The notes under the pieces were generated by a model, which searched no databases, was not told the origin of the DNA, and worked only from the letters and a program-made list of their open reading frames with translations. Position numbers and translations under genes: made by a program. A stretch of 64,000 nucleotides of DNA from Macrostomum lignano (taxonomy: Eukaryota): positions 62,001 to 126,000 of the forward strand of contig NIVC01000260.1 in the NCBI GenBank assembly GCA_002269645.1, read 5' to 3'. The first letter of the stretch is position 1, and each line of letters starts with the position of its first letter. Of the stretch, positions 36,945 to 50,400 are shown one piece after another.

Positions 36945-37765
36945 TGAGTTAGGAGAGTTGAGTGAGAGGGAGAGGGAGTAGAGTGAGAAGGGGAGTTTAG
37001 TTAGGAGAGTTGAGTGAGAGGGGAGTAGAGTGAGAGGGGAGTAAAGTGAGAGGGGGAGTAGAGTGAGAGAGGAGTAGCTAGTGAGAGGGAAGAGTGAGAG
37101 GTGAGTAGAATGAGAGGGGAGTAGTAGAGTGTGAGGGAAGTAGAGTGAGATGGAAGTAGAGTGGTAGAATAAGGTAGTAGAGTGAGAGGGAAGTATTCAT
37201 AGTAGTGAGAGGGGAGTAGAGTGAGAGGGGAGTAGCTAGTGAGAGGAGAGAGTGAGAGGGTGAGTAGAGTGAGAGGGAATAGAGTGAGAGGGGTGTAGCT
37301 AGTGAGAGAGGAGTAGAGTGAGAAGGGGAGTAGAGTGAGAGGGGGAGTAGAGTGAGAGAGGGAGCAGAATGAGAGGGGAGTAGAATGAGAGGGGAGTAGA
37401 GTGAGAGGGGAATAAATTGAGGGGAGTAGAGTGAGATTGAAGTAAAGTGGTAGAGTGAGGAGAGTATAGTGAGAGGGGAGTAGCTAGTGAGAGGGAAGAG
37501 TGAGAGGGGGAGTAGAATGAGGGGAGTAGATCAGTGAGAGGGGAATAGATTGAGGGGAGTAGAGTGAGATTGGAGTAAAGTGGTAGAGTGAGGAGAGTAG
37601 AGTGAGAGGGGAGTAGAGTGAGGAGAGTAGAGTGAGAGGGGAGTAGAGTGAGAGGGATGTAGCTAGTGAGAGGGGAGTAGAGTGAGATTGGGTGTAGAGT
37701 GAGAGTGGAGTAGAGTGAGAGGGTGAGTAGAGTGAGAGGGTGAGTAGAATGAGAGGTAGTAGGGA
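36945..37765. repeat. Purine-rich degenerate satellite, core GAGTAGAGTGAGAGGG
   Basis: More than 40 variable copies. Confidence 0.9.
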
Positions 37766-39060
37766 GTTGGAGCGAAAATGGTGAACAGTTGGAGGTGAAT
37801 TTTATGTTTTAATGCAAGCATCCAACCCCTTAAACTCTAAACTGCCAAGTGCATAGGTGAAGATAAGGTATGACGCATGAGTCATCCTGGGTTCTGTTTC
37901 TTCCGAACAACATAGCTCCGTGCTACGTGGGGATATTTAGCTTGCTAAGCTGTGGTATTCGCTATATTCTGTATTATTCGATTTTTTGTTGCCTTGATAT
38001 ATTTGCTCCCAATTTGAATGCCGAACGGGTGTTGTATTGAAATTCGCTGTGTGCCTGTGTTGGTTAGATAGCCAGAATACAGCTATAGCTAATGTATTGT
38101 AAAATGCTTGATATAGAAAGAAGCTTTAAAATTGGTCTAATGTGCTGAAAATTGGATCAACAAAGAATAAATTAGAAAAAAATTAATAAAGCGGTCCATT
38201 ATTTAGCAATGAATGAAAGAATTTGATGCTATTTTATCGCCATGACACAGTTTTCAAAGCTAAATGGGCCCAAGCTTTCGGTTGCTTTCGGGCAAAAACT
38301 GCCACTCAATAGGCAATGCACTGCATTAGTTTCCATCAATTTCTGGCCATTTTTCGAGCCCCATTCTTAAATTTTCTACTCTCATGTTGTTTAGCAATGA
38401 TATTAGAGTGCTTTTATCGAGTTAGTTTTGGTTTTAAGCATTTTATTCGAATAATAAATCACCTAATAAAATACGTTGTGAATACCTTATCGCAAAAAGT
38501 AATAGGTGGTCATCACATTAAATGTCCATTTTTCCTTCTTTCAGCCTCTTCAGACAAAATTTTATTTGCTAATCAGATAGGGCATATAATTAAGAATATT
38601 TTTGTGCAGTTTTGGCCTTCCAAGTACTTCTCTGTCTTAAGCACAACTGGAAATAGTTTGCATGACCCTATAATTTTTCATCGTCTCACGCAGTATTTTG
38701 CAAATTTCTTTTATTTTGACGCAATAAATACTATTAAACTTATACCATTCGAAAGATATTTTTCTTAGAATAATACGACACCAAGTTCAAGAAATAATTC
38801 TGTACCGTTGCTGAGATATTTGAGTTTTTCTAAAGGCACTAGCGCTGTCTCAGCTAGGGCTGTCATTTCTGCCATGGCCTGGGCGGGCGGGCTGGGTCTG
38901 TGTGGAACACAATGATGCGGTCCAGTTTTTCAACTATAGAATTGGCGGGGCCGCCATTAGCGAGTTCCGAATTCATTCCCTCTCCTCCGCTCCTCTGCTC
39001 TTGCTAGCCTTGCTTTGTCTTGCCCCAATTCTACTATCCAACCTATTCCTACCTACAACT

Positions 39061-39821
39061 ATGAGCGCCCCAGCAGCTGCCGCCCCGGCCAAGAAGGTGC
39101 CGAAGCCGAAGAAGCCTGCCAAGCCGAAGAGCCATCCGTCCTACACTGACATGATCAACGCCGCCATTGCGGGCCTGAAGAGCGCAAAGGCTCCAGCCGT
39201 CAGGCCATCGTGAAGTACCTGCGTGCCAACTACAAGTTCGACGCCAACGAGAAGATCGACGTCTACGTCAAGGCCGCTTTGAAGGCTGGCAGTAAGAGCG
39301 GCCGGTACACCCACACGAAGGGTGCCGGGGCCAGCGGCTCCTTCCAGCTGGCCAAGAAGGGCGAGAAGGCCGCCGCCGTCAAGAAGCCGAAGTCGCCCAA
39401 GGCCAAGAAGCCAAAGTCGCCAGCAGCCGCCAGGAAGCCAAAATCACCGGCCGCCAAGAAGCCAAAGTCGCCGGCCGCCAAGAAGGCCAAATCGCCGGCC
39501 GCCAAGAAAGCCAAATCGCCGGCCGCCAAGAAAGCCAAGTCTCCGGCCGCCAAGAAGGCCAAGTCGCCGGCGGCCAAGAGGACCAGGAAGGCACCCGCCG
39601 CCGCCCCGGCCGCAGCTCCGGCCGCCGCTGCCCCGGCCGCCGCTGCTGCCCCAGCGGCCGCCGCTCCGGCCACACCGAAGGCGAAAGCTGGCAGGAAGCC
39701 GGCGGCCAAGAAGACTCCCAAGGCGAAGGCGGCCAAGTCGCCTGCCGCCAAGAAGGCCAAGTCGCCCAAGAAGGCGGCCCGGCCGAAGAAGACGCCGACT
39801 AAGAAGGCGGCCAAGAAGTGA
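39061..39821 (+). CDS. H1: Linker histone H1 (H1.0/H5-like globular domain, K/A/P-rich tail), intronless, with an apparent 1-nt deletion at 39180/39181; 253 aa if corrected
   Basis: HPSYTDMINAAIAGLK, then +1 frame: (E)RKGSSRQAIVKYLRANYK...VKAALKAG...TKGAGASGSFQL, followed by SPAAKKAK repeats. Inserting one G (AAG[G]AGCGC) gives a continuous ORF. Confidence 0.9.
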
Positions 39822-41494
39822 ACAGCCATGAACTCTGATAATAATAACTGATTCCTTATTGCTGCTTTGCTGACTGATCCACTTTTCAAATTTCAAGTTT
39901 AGCCATCGTTTTGTCTGTCATTCTGTACTGTAAAATTCATAATGTCTGCATAGTTATAGTTTATTTTTTTATTCTGTTTTTTTATTTGTTTCTACTACTA
40001 ACTAAGGCAAAGCACCAAAACGAGCCCTATTAATCATATTAATAATTAATTAAATTAGTAAACTTGCGCATTTAATAACTCTTGTTTCAGTCTTGTAAAT
40101 ATTAATATTATAATTACAGGTTGGTTAATTAAAATATAATTAAATTGCAATGATAATACTGAAATTAAAATGAATTTGAATAATTATTTAAATTATCAGT
40201 TTAAATGTATATTTTAAATAAAATGTGAAAGTAAAGCATTATTTTTCCCCTTGTTATTTGGTTACTAAATTATTATTTGAATTTTTGTAATATTTTATTT
40301 GACATCCATCAAGTTAAGCAGCTGGCTAAGCAACAAATACACAGCAAGTGCAATTTGGTAATATTTTATCAAAGCATGGTTAAATAAAAGTACAAAATTT
40401 ATTATGGTAAATAAATAAGAACTCTTATGGTTTTTTGTTACTCATTTTTATTACATGCAAACACAGTAACAGAAAATTCATTGAACTACCAACTGTACAA
40501 AATTTGAAAATGGTGGAAAATTTAAATTAATTTACATGCATAAATGATGCTTGTAACCTAAATATTCACATGTAAGCTGCAAACTTCTTACAGTAATCAT
40601 ACATGCATTACACATAAACATGCTCATGTAATTGAAAAATGTGCCCTTTTGACATTGATCAGTGTTCCATTTGTACTTTGCAAATCACTGACCCTCTATG
40701 AGTAATGCGTATGAAAGATGAAAGTTCCGTTTCATGTATGTATGTCGCGAATGTACATGTACATGCATGTACATGATTTAAAAATCACATGCTGATCGTG
40801 GACAGTGCTTGCTCGGCTCAATGACCGCAAGTCCTCTACATGTGGTACATACATGTACACGCGCAAATGTATACACATACGTGTGTAACAGATAAGCTGC
40901 AGTACATGTACTCGTACATGTATAATCTCTTTTAGACGACTCAAAATGTCTTGATCGCTTCTAATTGTCCCTAAAACAGCTAACTGCCTCTACATATAGC
41001 TGCAAAGTCTCTAGACTCTAGATAAATGAGTGACGCCTATAGATGACTGCTAATGTCTAATTGATGGATGCTATTGTGTCTATACATGTAAATGTATGGC
41101 TACCAGGGTCTCTTAGTGTCTACCAGGGTCTCTTATGGCTACCAGGGTCTCTTATAGTGTCTGCTATAAATATTCTCTAGATAGCTCCACGGGTCTGTAA
41201 ATGACGGCTAATGCATATAGATAGCTATAGTAGTGTCTGTAGATGGCGGTCAGTATCTATAGATGACTGCGGTGTCTCTAGATGGCTACCATGCAGTATC
41301 TACAGATGACTGCTACAGTGTCTCTGATGGCTGCTAGTGGATCTCTAGATGACTGCCAGTATCTATACATGTAAAGATGACTGCTGTCTCTACATGTACA
41401 TGTAGATGCATGGCTGCCTGCAGTATCTATAGATGACTGCTAGCGTCTCTAGAAAGCTGCCAGTGTCTCTAGATGGCTGCCAGTGTCTACAAAT

Positions 41495-42085
41495 GACTGG
41501 CTTGTGTCTATAGATGACTGCTTGTGTCTATAGATGACTGCTAGTGTCTATAGATGACTGCTAGTGTCTATAGATGACTGCTAGTGTCTATAGATGACTG
41601 CTAGTGTCTATAGATGACTGCTAGTGTCTATAGATGACTGCTAGTGTCTATAGATGACTGCTAGTGTCTATAGATGACTGCTAGTGTCTATAGATGACTG
41701 CTAGTGTCTATAGATGACTGCTAGTGTCTATAGATAGCTGCTGCCAGCGTCAGCTACTGTACATGTAAGATGACTGCTAGTGTCTACAGATGTGTCTACA
41801 GACAATTGAAAAGTGTCTCTAGATAGATAGCTGCCAGTGTCTCTAGATGGCTGCCAGTGTCTACAAATGACTGGCTTGTGTCTATAGATGACTGCTTGTG
41901 TCTATAGATGACTGCTTGTGTCTATAGATGACTGCTAGTGTCTATAGATGGCTGCTAGTGTCTATAGATGACTGCTAGTGTCTATAGATGACTGCTAGTG
42001 TCTATAGATGGCTGCTAGTGTCTATAGATGACTGCTAGTGTCTATAGATGACTGCTAGTGTCTATAGATGACTGCTAATGTCTAT
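41495..42085. repeat. 20-bp minisatellite GTGTCTATAGATGACTGCTA in two blocks within a ~360-bp tandem duplication
   Basis: Arrays at ~41500-41735 and ~41875-42085; flanking sequences (GCTGCCAGCGTCAGCTACTGTAC, CAATTGAAAAGTGTC) are also duplicated. Confidence 0.92.
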
Positions 42086-42709
42086 AGATAGCTGCTGCCA
42101 GCGTCAGCTACTGTACACGTAAGATGACTGTTAGTGTCTACAGATGTGTCTACAGACAATTGAAAAGTGTCCCCGGGTGAATTCCGCTCTCCAAAAAATC
42201 CACAAAGCCCAGCAAACACTGAAACCCAAACCCCAAACCATGATGTTTAACAATATATAGGTCCAAAAAACAGAAAAATACAAAAAATTATTCTGAATTT
42301 TACAGAATTTCTTAGAAATGGCGTAGGCACCCACACACAGCACGCGGTATCTTTTTAACACACTATATTGAATATATATTGCAATAACAATTTACAGTCA
42401 CACACTTTTGCCACATCATAACCCAATGCTGGAATTAAAACAGATATTGAAAAGTTTCTGGTCCAATAAATTAAGATTATAAAAACACTTGAGACAGCCA
42501 AGAGTTGGTTTTGGTAGGAAATATTGCACACATCTGAATAAAATACTAGTTGGTTCAAAGCAAAAATATTGGCAATTGCTTTACGATAATGATTATTAAA
42601 ACAGCAAAATAGCCTTGCAAGCTGGAGCTCACAAATGAAAATTGTTGAATTTAGTACAAATCTATGAACAGACTGATAGGCTGATAAAAAAAACAGACTT
42701 ACATGTAGC

Positions 42710-42902
42710 CAGTGGCGCAACCAGGGGGGGGGGGGGGGGGGGGGCCCCCCCCCCCCCTTAGGCGGGGGACCGAAAAAAATCAAAGGGGGGACCAAGCGAA
42801 TTTTCGCCAAAAACAGAGCCACCCCTCCGCCGCCCCCCCCCCTCCCGGGACTTTACCCTTAGAATCCGCCCCCCCCTTGAAAAATTTCTGGTTGCGCTAC
42901 TG
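42710..42902. mobile_element. hAT-type MITE, 193 bp, 15-bp TIRs and a perfect 8-bp target site duplication
   Basis: TIRs CAGTGGCGCAACCAG / CTGGTTGCGCTACTG (1 mismatch); TSD CATGTAGC at 42702-42709 and 42903-42910; internal poly-G/poly-C tracts. Confidence 0.92.
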
Positions 42903-43374
42903 CATGTAGCACTACCACACCATTGATTGATGCAAACTACAGCAAGCCGAAGCGCAGTGGAAGGAAGGAGCGATTGCCCGCTAAACTAAAAAAAGATCAC
43001 AAAAAGCAACAAAACAGAAAAAGACAAAGTAAAAAAAAATCTTCGTAAAATAAAACAAACTCGTTGGATTTAAAACTAATAAAATTTTATTTCATTTTGA
43101 AGAAAAAAACAATCAACCAAGTTGAACGCAATTTTTCCTCGGATTTTAAACGTTTTCCAACGACGGGATTTATGGAGAGAGAAGCAACGCAGAGGAACAA
43201 GTTCTCGGAAAGTGCATCAAGTTCTTTTATCAAGTTTTGCAGGCGCGACCGAAGGCGCTTATTAGACCGGTTTCGGATTTCTGAAATGATTTTGAGCAAA
43301 AATGGGCATATTTGTTAGCAATAATACTCTTAATGCGAGATTGATAATACAAGGCTCAGAGCTTTGCGTGACTG

Positions 43375-43940
43375 AGGGAGGGTAGCGGATGTCCCTGAGG
43401 GAGGGTAGCGGCTCTCAACGGAGGGAGGGTAGCGACTGTCACTGAGGGAGGGTAGCGGCTAGCTGTCACTGTGGGAGAGTAGTGGCTGTCAGTCACAGAG
43501 GGAGGGTAGCGGATGTCACTGAGGGAGGGTAGCGGATGTCACTGAGGGAGGGTAGCGGATGTCACTGAGGGAGGGTAGCGGATGTCACTGAGGGAGGGTA
43601 GCGGATGTCACTGAGGGAGGGTAGCGGATGTCACTGAGGGAGGGTAGCGGATGTCACTGAGAGAGGGTAGCGGCTGTCACTGAGGGAGGGTAGCGGATGT
43701 CATTGAGGGAGGGTAACGGATGTCACTGAGGGAGGGTAGCGGATGTCACTGAGGGAGGGTAGCGGATGTCACTGAGGGAGGGTAGCGGATGTCACTGAGG
43801 GAGGGTAGCGGATGTCACTGAGGGAGGGTAGCGGATGTCACTGAGGGAGGGTAGCGGATGTCACTGAGGGAGGGTAGCGGCTGTCACTGAGAGAGGGTAG
43901 CGGCTGTCACTGAGAGAGGGTAGCGGCTGTCACTGAGACC
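43375..43940. repeat. 23-bp minisatellite GAGGGAGGGTAGCGGATGTCACT
   Basis: About 24 copies. Confidence 0.95.
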
Positions 43941-44489
43941 TGAGGGGCGGTAGTGGAACCCCCAAAGTCTAAAGCAACCTCAGAGCAGCGGAGGAGCATA
44001 GCGTTGGCAAAAACAATAAAATTCCTTGCAAACAATGGATTGAAATATTAATGTGCCGTAAATAAAGGATAAGGTGGGGGTGCAAAATACTCGCATATCA
44101 GCCAATTTATGCGAAATATGTTTACCAGCCTACTAGATTTGAAATACGTCAGTAGATAGTCTCGTACAGTAATTTTGATAAAAACTTTTATGTTTTATGA
44201 GCTGACAGAATTGTTCCCACTTAGCCATGCAAATTGGTGTTGCAGTGTGCTGTTGAAACAGATAAGCATGCAGTCACCAGTGCATGTGTACTATATATAC
44301 ACATATTTCATACATTTCATACTTATAAATAAGCTCAGTGTTTCGCTTTGACAAAAGTTCACTTATTACAAAGCTAAGAAAAGTAACACAAGAAAATAAG
44401 GAAACTGGCTTTTAGAGTGAAATCTATGTACACATTTTATCTGTACCGACAACAGCAAAACACAGTCTAGACAGAAGAAAACACAGAGT

Positions 44490-46010
44490 AAACACACTAC
44501 TCACAGAATAAACACACTACTCACAGAGTAAACACACTACTCACAGAATAAACACACTACTCACAGAATAAACAAACAAGTCACAGAATAAACACACAAC
44601 TCACAGAATAAACACACTACTGATCACAGAATAAACACACTACTCACAGAATAAACACACAACTCACAGAATAAACACACTACTCACAGAATAAACACAC
44701 TACTCACAGAGTAAACACACTACTCACAGAGTAAACACACTACTCACAGAATAAACACACTACTCACAGAATAAACAAACAAGTCACAGAATAAACACAC
44801 AACTCACAGAATAAACACACAACTCACAGAATAAACACACTACTGATCACAGAATAAACACACTACTCACAGAATAAACACACAACTCACAGAATAAACA
44901 CACTACTTACAGAATAAACACACAACTCACAAAATAAACACACTACTGATCACAGAATAAACACACTACTCACAGAAAAAACACACAACTCACAGAATAA
45001 ACACACTACTCACAGAATAAACACACAACTCACAAAATAAACACACTACTCACAGAATAAACAAACAACTCACAGAAGAAACACACTACTCACAGAAGAA
45101 ACACACTACTTACAGAATAAACACACTACTCACAGAGTAAACACACTACTCACAGAATAAACACACTACTCACAGAATAAACACACTACTCACAGAATAA
45201 ACAAACTACTTACAGAATAAACACACTACTCACAAAATAAACACACTACTCACAGAGTAAACACACTACTCACAGAATAAACACACTACTCACAGAATAA
45301 ACACACTACTCATAGAATAAACACACTACTCACAGAGTAAACACACTACTCACAGAATAAACACACTACTCACAGAGTAAACACACTACTCACAGAATAA
45401 ACACACTACTCACAGAATTAACACACTACTCACAGAATAAACACACTACTCACAGAATAAACACACTACTCACAGAATAAACACACTACTCACAGAGTAA
45501 ACACACTACTCACAGAATAAACACACTACTCACAGAATAAACACACTACTCACAGAATAAACATACTACTCACAGAATAAACACACTACTCACAGAATAA
45601 ACACACTACTCACAGAGTAAACACACTACTCACAGAATAAACACACTACTTACAGAATAAACACACAACTCACAAAATAAACACACTACTGATCACAGAA
45701 TAAACACACTACTCACAGAATAAACACACAACTCACAGAATAAACACACTACTCACAGAATATACACAACTCACAAAATAAACACACTACTCACAGAAGA
45801 AACACACAACTCACAGAAGAAACACACTACTCACAGAAGAAACACACTACTCACAGAATAAACACACAACTCACAGAATAAACACACTACTCACAGAAGA
45901 AACACACAACTCACAGAAGAAACACACTACTCACAGAAGAAACACACAACTCACAGAAGAAACACACTACTCACAGAATAAACACGCAGTTCACAGAATA
46001 AACACACAAA
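44490..46010. repeat. 20-bp minisatellite AAACACACTACTCACAGAAT, ~1.5 kb
   Basis: About 75 copies. Confidence 0.96.
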
Positions 46011-46754
46011 GCAAAGAACTACCCACACACAAGCAGAAAGCACACATGAACAGATATACGTACGCAGGGATATATATCCCAATAAAGCCATGCAATCCAG
46101 TTTATTTGAATTGCAGAACATCACACTGACTGTGCAAGCTAATATATCCATATCTACATGAATTTGAAAACAGCAATGCACCCTTACTGCACTATTGAAA
46201 TTAAACAGATCAAATAAATGACCAATTTATCATTGGGTGATCCGTGAGGTAAGTATTCGTGGCCGTTCTGGAAAAATAGCAAACAAAATCATAATACGCG
46301 TATCAACTACTTAGATCGTTTAGGCGAGTAGGATGATTTTACTTAAACTGTTTTCATCAAGCGAAAATAAGTTAGTTCTTTTTAGTATCTGTCTGTTTCT
46401 CTCTCTCTCCTTATCTCACCGAACATTCGAAATTGAATCGAATTCAACAGTTCTGCGCGATCGGCGACCAAATAAAAATTATTAGATTAAAAGTTCCTTG
46501 ATTTTACGTGAACGAAAACTAAGTGAACTCTAATTTATTAACCTACATGTACACAACATAGTGAATGTGATGTCTTCTTTAACAAGGAAAGTTACTGACA
46601 AGCTGGATGGACAGTCAGGGTGTAGGTGAAGTGACTGCCAAATATGCTGAAAATTTTTGTTAATCACAGGTCAAGACAGTCATTTCCAAGCTTTGTAAAA
46701 CAGATTTGGAATGATATCCGAGTGGCCTGATGGAGATTCACATTGGCGAGAGTG

Positions 46755-47342
46755 CAAGTGTACATTGGGGTGTCTGGGGCCCATGAGTGTACATTGGGGT
46801 GTCTGGGTCACGTGAGTGTACATTGGGGTGTCTGGGGCCCATGAGTGTACATTGGGGTGTCTGGGTCACGTGAGTGTACATTGGGGTGTCTGGGGCCCAT
46901 GAGTGTACATTGGGGTGTCTGGGTCACGTGAGTGTACATGGAGGTGTCTGGGTCACGTGAGTGTACATTTGGGGTGTCTGGGTCACGTGAGTGTACATTG
47001 GGGTGTCTGGGTCACGTGAGTGTACATTGGGGTGTCTGGGTCACGTGAGTGAGTGTACATTGGGGTGTCTGGGTCACGTGAGTGAGTGTACATGGGGGGT
47101 GTCTGGGTCACGCGAGTGTACATTGGGGTGTCTGGGTCACGTGAGTGTACATTGGGGTGTCTGGGTCACGTGAGTGAGTGTACATTGGGGTGTCTGGGTC
47201 ACGTGAGTGAGTGTACATGGGGGGTGTCTGGGTCACGTGAGTGAGTGTACATTGGGGTGTCTGGGTCACGCGAGTGTACATTGGGGTGTCTGGGTCACGT
47301 GAGTGTACATGGGGGTGTCTGGGTCACGTGAGTGTACATTGG
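46755..47342. repeat. ~29-bp minisatellite GTGTACATTGGGGTGTCTGGGTCACGTGA just downstream (minus sense) of the prominin donor at 47421
   Basis: About 19 copies. Confidence 0.93.
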
Positions 47343-47421
47343 GTCTAGGCCATTGTGCTTGGCGGGCTCCAGGCCGCACATCAGCAACCAGCAGGGTCCA
47401 AACAAAGAAGGCACAACGCAC

Positions 47422-50400
47422 CCGTCCTGCATGTCCGGCAGGTATTTCTGCGTCTTCCTGTACAAATTAGCCAGTTTGATAGCCAGCACAAAGCAGGGCA
47501 GCAGGCAGATGAGGCACAAGCCGAAGCCGGACCAGAATCCATTGTAGGGCCTGAGTAAGCTCACGCACGGCGCCTCGATGGCGCGGCGTATGCTGGCGCC
47601 GAGAGCGGCGCAATCGATCGAATAGGAGAGCAGAGAGTCGAGAGCGGGCAGGATGATGGAGTCCAGCAGCTGGGCAGAGGAGCCCAGGCCGCCATCCAGA
47701 GCGGACTGGTAGATCAGCGCCTGCAGCCGAGTCTCCGAGCTCAGCTCGGCGCCCAGAGAGGCCAGCCGGTCAGGCAGGGTGGCGCCGCTGGAGTTCAGAT
47801 TGGCGAACTGCTGCCGCAGCTGGGGCAGCCGGACGAGCAGGACGGAGACAGAATCGGTGACTAGGGAGGCGGCCGAGGCCAGGTCCTGGTACAGCTGGTT
47901 GAACCTGGTCGATTCGGTCGGATCCGTGGCGTTGCAGTCGCGCGAGATGTTGCTCAGAGCGGCAAGGAAGGTGCCGAGAGCGCCACCTAGAAGGGGTTTG
48001 TTCAGCTCCGCCTGCGGGTGCGGGTTCAAGGTAAAAAAACTCCGTGCTGATTATTGAATCCCAAAAATTGCACTCCCCGATCCCCTAGAAAGTCCCATTA
48101 CTGAATCCCCAAAAATATCCCACTCCTAAATCCCCCTAAAATATCCCACTCCTAAATCCTCCAAAAAATATCCCACTCCTAAATCCCCAAAAAATATCCC
48201 ACTCCTAAATCCCCCAAAAATATCCCACTCCTAAATCCCCCCAAAAACATCCCACTCCTAAATCCCCCCAAAAACATTCCACTCCTAAATCCCCCCAAAA
48301 ATATCCCACTCCGAAATCTCCTCAGAAATATCCCACTCCTAAATCCCCAGAAATATCCCATTCCTGAATCCCCAAAAATCCCATTCCCGAATCCCCAAAC
48401 ATCCCATTCCTGAATCTTCAAAAAGATCCCATTTCTGAATCCCCAAAAAGATCCCATTCCTAGACCCACAAGAAGATCCCATTCTTGAATCCCCAAAAAT
48501 ATCCCACTCCTGAATCCCCAAAAATATCCCATTCCTGAATCCCCAAAAATATCCCACTCCTGAATCCCCAAAAATATCCCATTCCTGAATCCCCAAAAAT
48601 ATCCCATTCCTGAATCCCCAAAAATATCCCATTCCTGAATCCCCAAAAGTATCTCACTCCTGAATCCCCACACACAAGTGCCACTCGTAAACGTCCAATT
48701 TCACATCTCAATAGGTTCCATAGCTCACCTCGAACTCCGTGACATTCAAAGCTGAAGCGTTGGCGGCCATGGACTGCAGCTCCTCCAGCTGGGAAATGTT
48801 GAAGGAGGCGCCGGACAGAAACTCGGAGCCCCTGCTGGCCAAGTCAGCAACGGTTCGATTCACGAACTGGTCGATCAGACCGGGCAGCCCAACTGCACCC
48901 GCCACGGCCGACATGTTGAAGGCGCTGGCCAGCGACTGTCCGTTGCAGCCGTTCAACAGGGTGCTGACGGGCTTCTGAACAACGTCCCCTAGAGACAGGT
49001 TGCCAAGGACGCCGGCGCCGCCACGGTTGTTGCTAACGGCCTGACGGGCGGCGTTGTCTAATAGGGAGTAGCCGTATTGGCCCGTGCGGCCGCTGAGGTA
49101 GCGGCAGACCTCCGTGTCTGGTGGGTAGATAGACGGGTAGATATGCTCGTAGATAGATGGTAGATAAGAGGGTAGATATGAGGGTAGATAGATGGTAGAT
49201 AGTTGGTTAGATATGTGGGTAGATAGATGGTAGATAGTTGGGTAGATATGCTAGTAGATAGATGGTAGATAAGAGGGTAGATATAAGGGTAGATAGATGG
49301 TAGATAGTTGGGTAGATATGTGGGTAGATAGATGGTAGATAGTTGGTTAGATATGTGGGTAGATAGATGGTAGATAGTTGGGTAGATATGTGGGTAGATA
49401 GATGGTAGATAGTTGGGTAGATATGTGGGTAGATATATGGTAGATAGTTGGGAAGATATGTGGGTAGATAGATGGTAGATAGTTGGGTAGATAGTTAAGT
49501 AGATATGTGGGTAGATAACTAGGTAGACAGACGGTGGATAGGTGATTATATAGGCGGGTAGATAGACGTTAAATAGGTTGGTAGGTAGACGGTAGATATG
49601 CGGGTAGATAGATTGTAGATAAGTAATTAGACAGGCGGTAGATATGTGGGTAGACAGACGGTAGATATGCGGGTAGATAGATGGTAGATAAGTAATTAGA
49701 CAGGCGGTAGATATGTGGGTAGACAGACGGTAGATATGCGGGTAGATAGATGGTAGATAAGTAATTAGACAGGCGGTAGATATGTGGGTAGACAGACGGT
49801 AGATATGCGGGTAGATAGATGGTAGATAAGTAATTAGACAGACGGTAGATATGCGGGTAGATAGATGGTAGATAAGTAATTAGACAGGCGGTAGATATGC
49901 GGATAGACAGACGGTAGATATGCGGGTAGATAGATGGTAGATAAGTAATTAGACAGACGGTAGATATGCGGGTAGATAGATGGTAGATAAGTAATTAGAC
50001 AGACGGTAGATATGCGGGTAGATAGATGGTAGATAAGTAATTAGACAGGCGGTAGATATGCGGGTAGACACAAGCAAAGTGGCCAAGCACAGTCAGCTGC
50101 ACCTACCAGCCAGGCCGCCGGTAAGGAAGAACAGAGCCGTGAGCAGCATGAGCGCGGCGTACAGCAGGCAGCCGAGCGCCACCGCGGCCAGCAGGAAGTT
50201 GGCCCCGACGCCACGGTTGCAACAGCCGGAGTCCTCGTAGGGCGGCTCGCCAGCGCAGCCGTACACCAGCCCCATGTACAGCAGCAGCACCAGCAGCAAG
50301 CCGAAGGCGGCCATGCCGATGTACAAACCGTAGCGGAACATATCGAAATTGGCGGTGAATTCCCACAGATTCTCATTCTGCCTGGTCAGCGGGTTTGGCA

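Noticed and set aside
38316-38768. 150-aa AT-rich ORF
   Set aside because: No recognisable motifs; the opposite strand has multiple stops and I could not assign it to a transposase.
38902-39060. N-terminal hydrophobic extension of the H1 ORF
   Set aside because: Starts at a GTG in promoter/5' UTR sequence; ATG 39061 gives a normal H1 N-terminus.
39263-39896. Antisense and alternative-frame ORFs over H1, and similar antisense ORFs over RASEF, the channel, prominin and MRPS27
   Set aside because: Shadow ORFs caused by GC-rich codon bias of the real genes.
43087-43318. Opposed 70-84 aa ORFs
   Set aside because: No domain or clear splice context; may simply be prominin 3' UTR.
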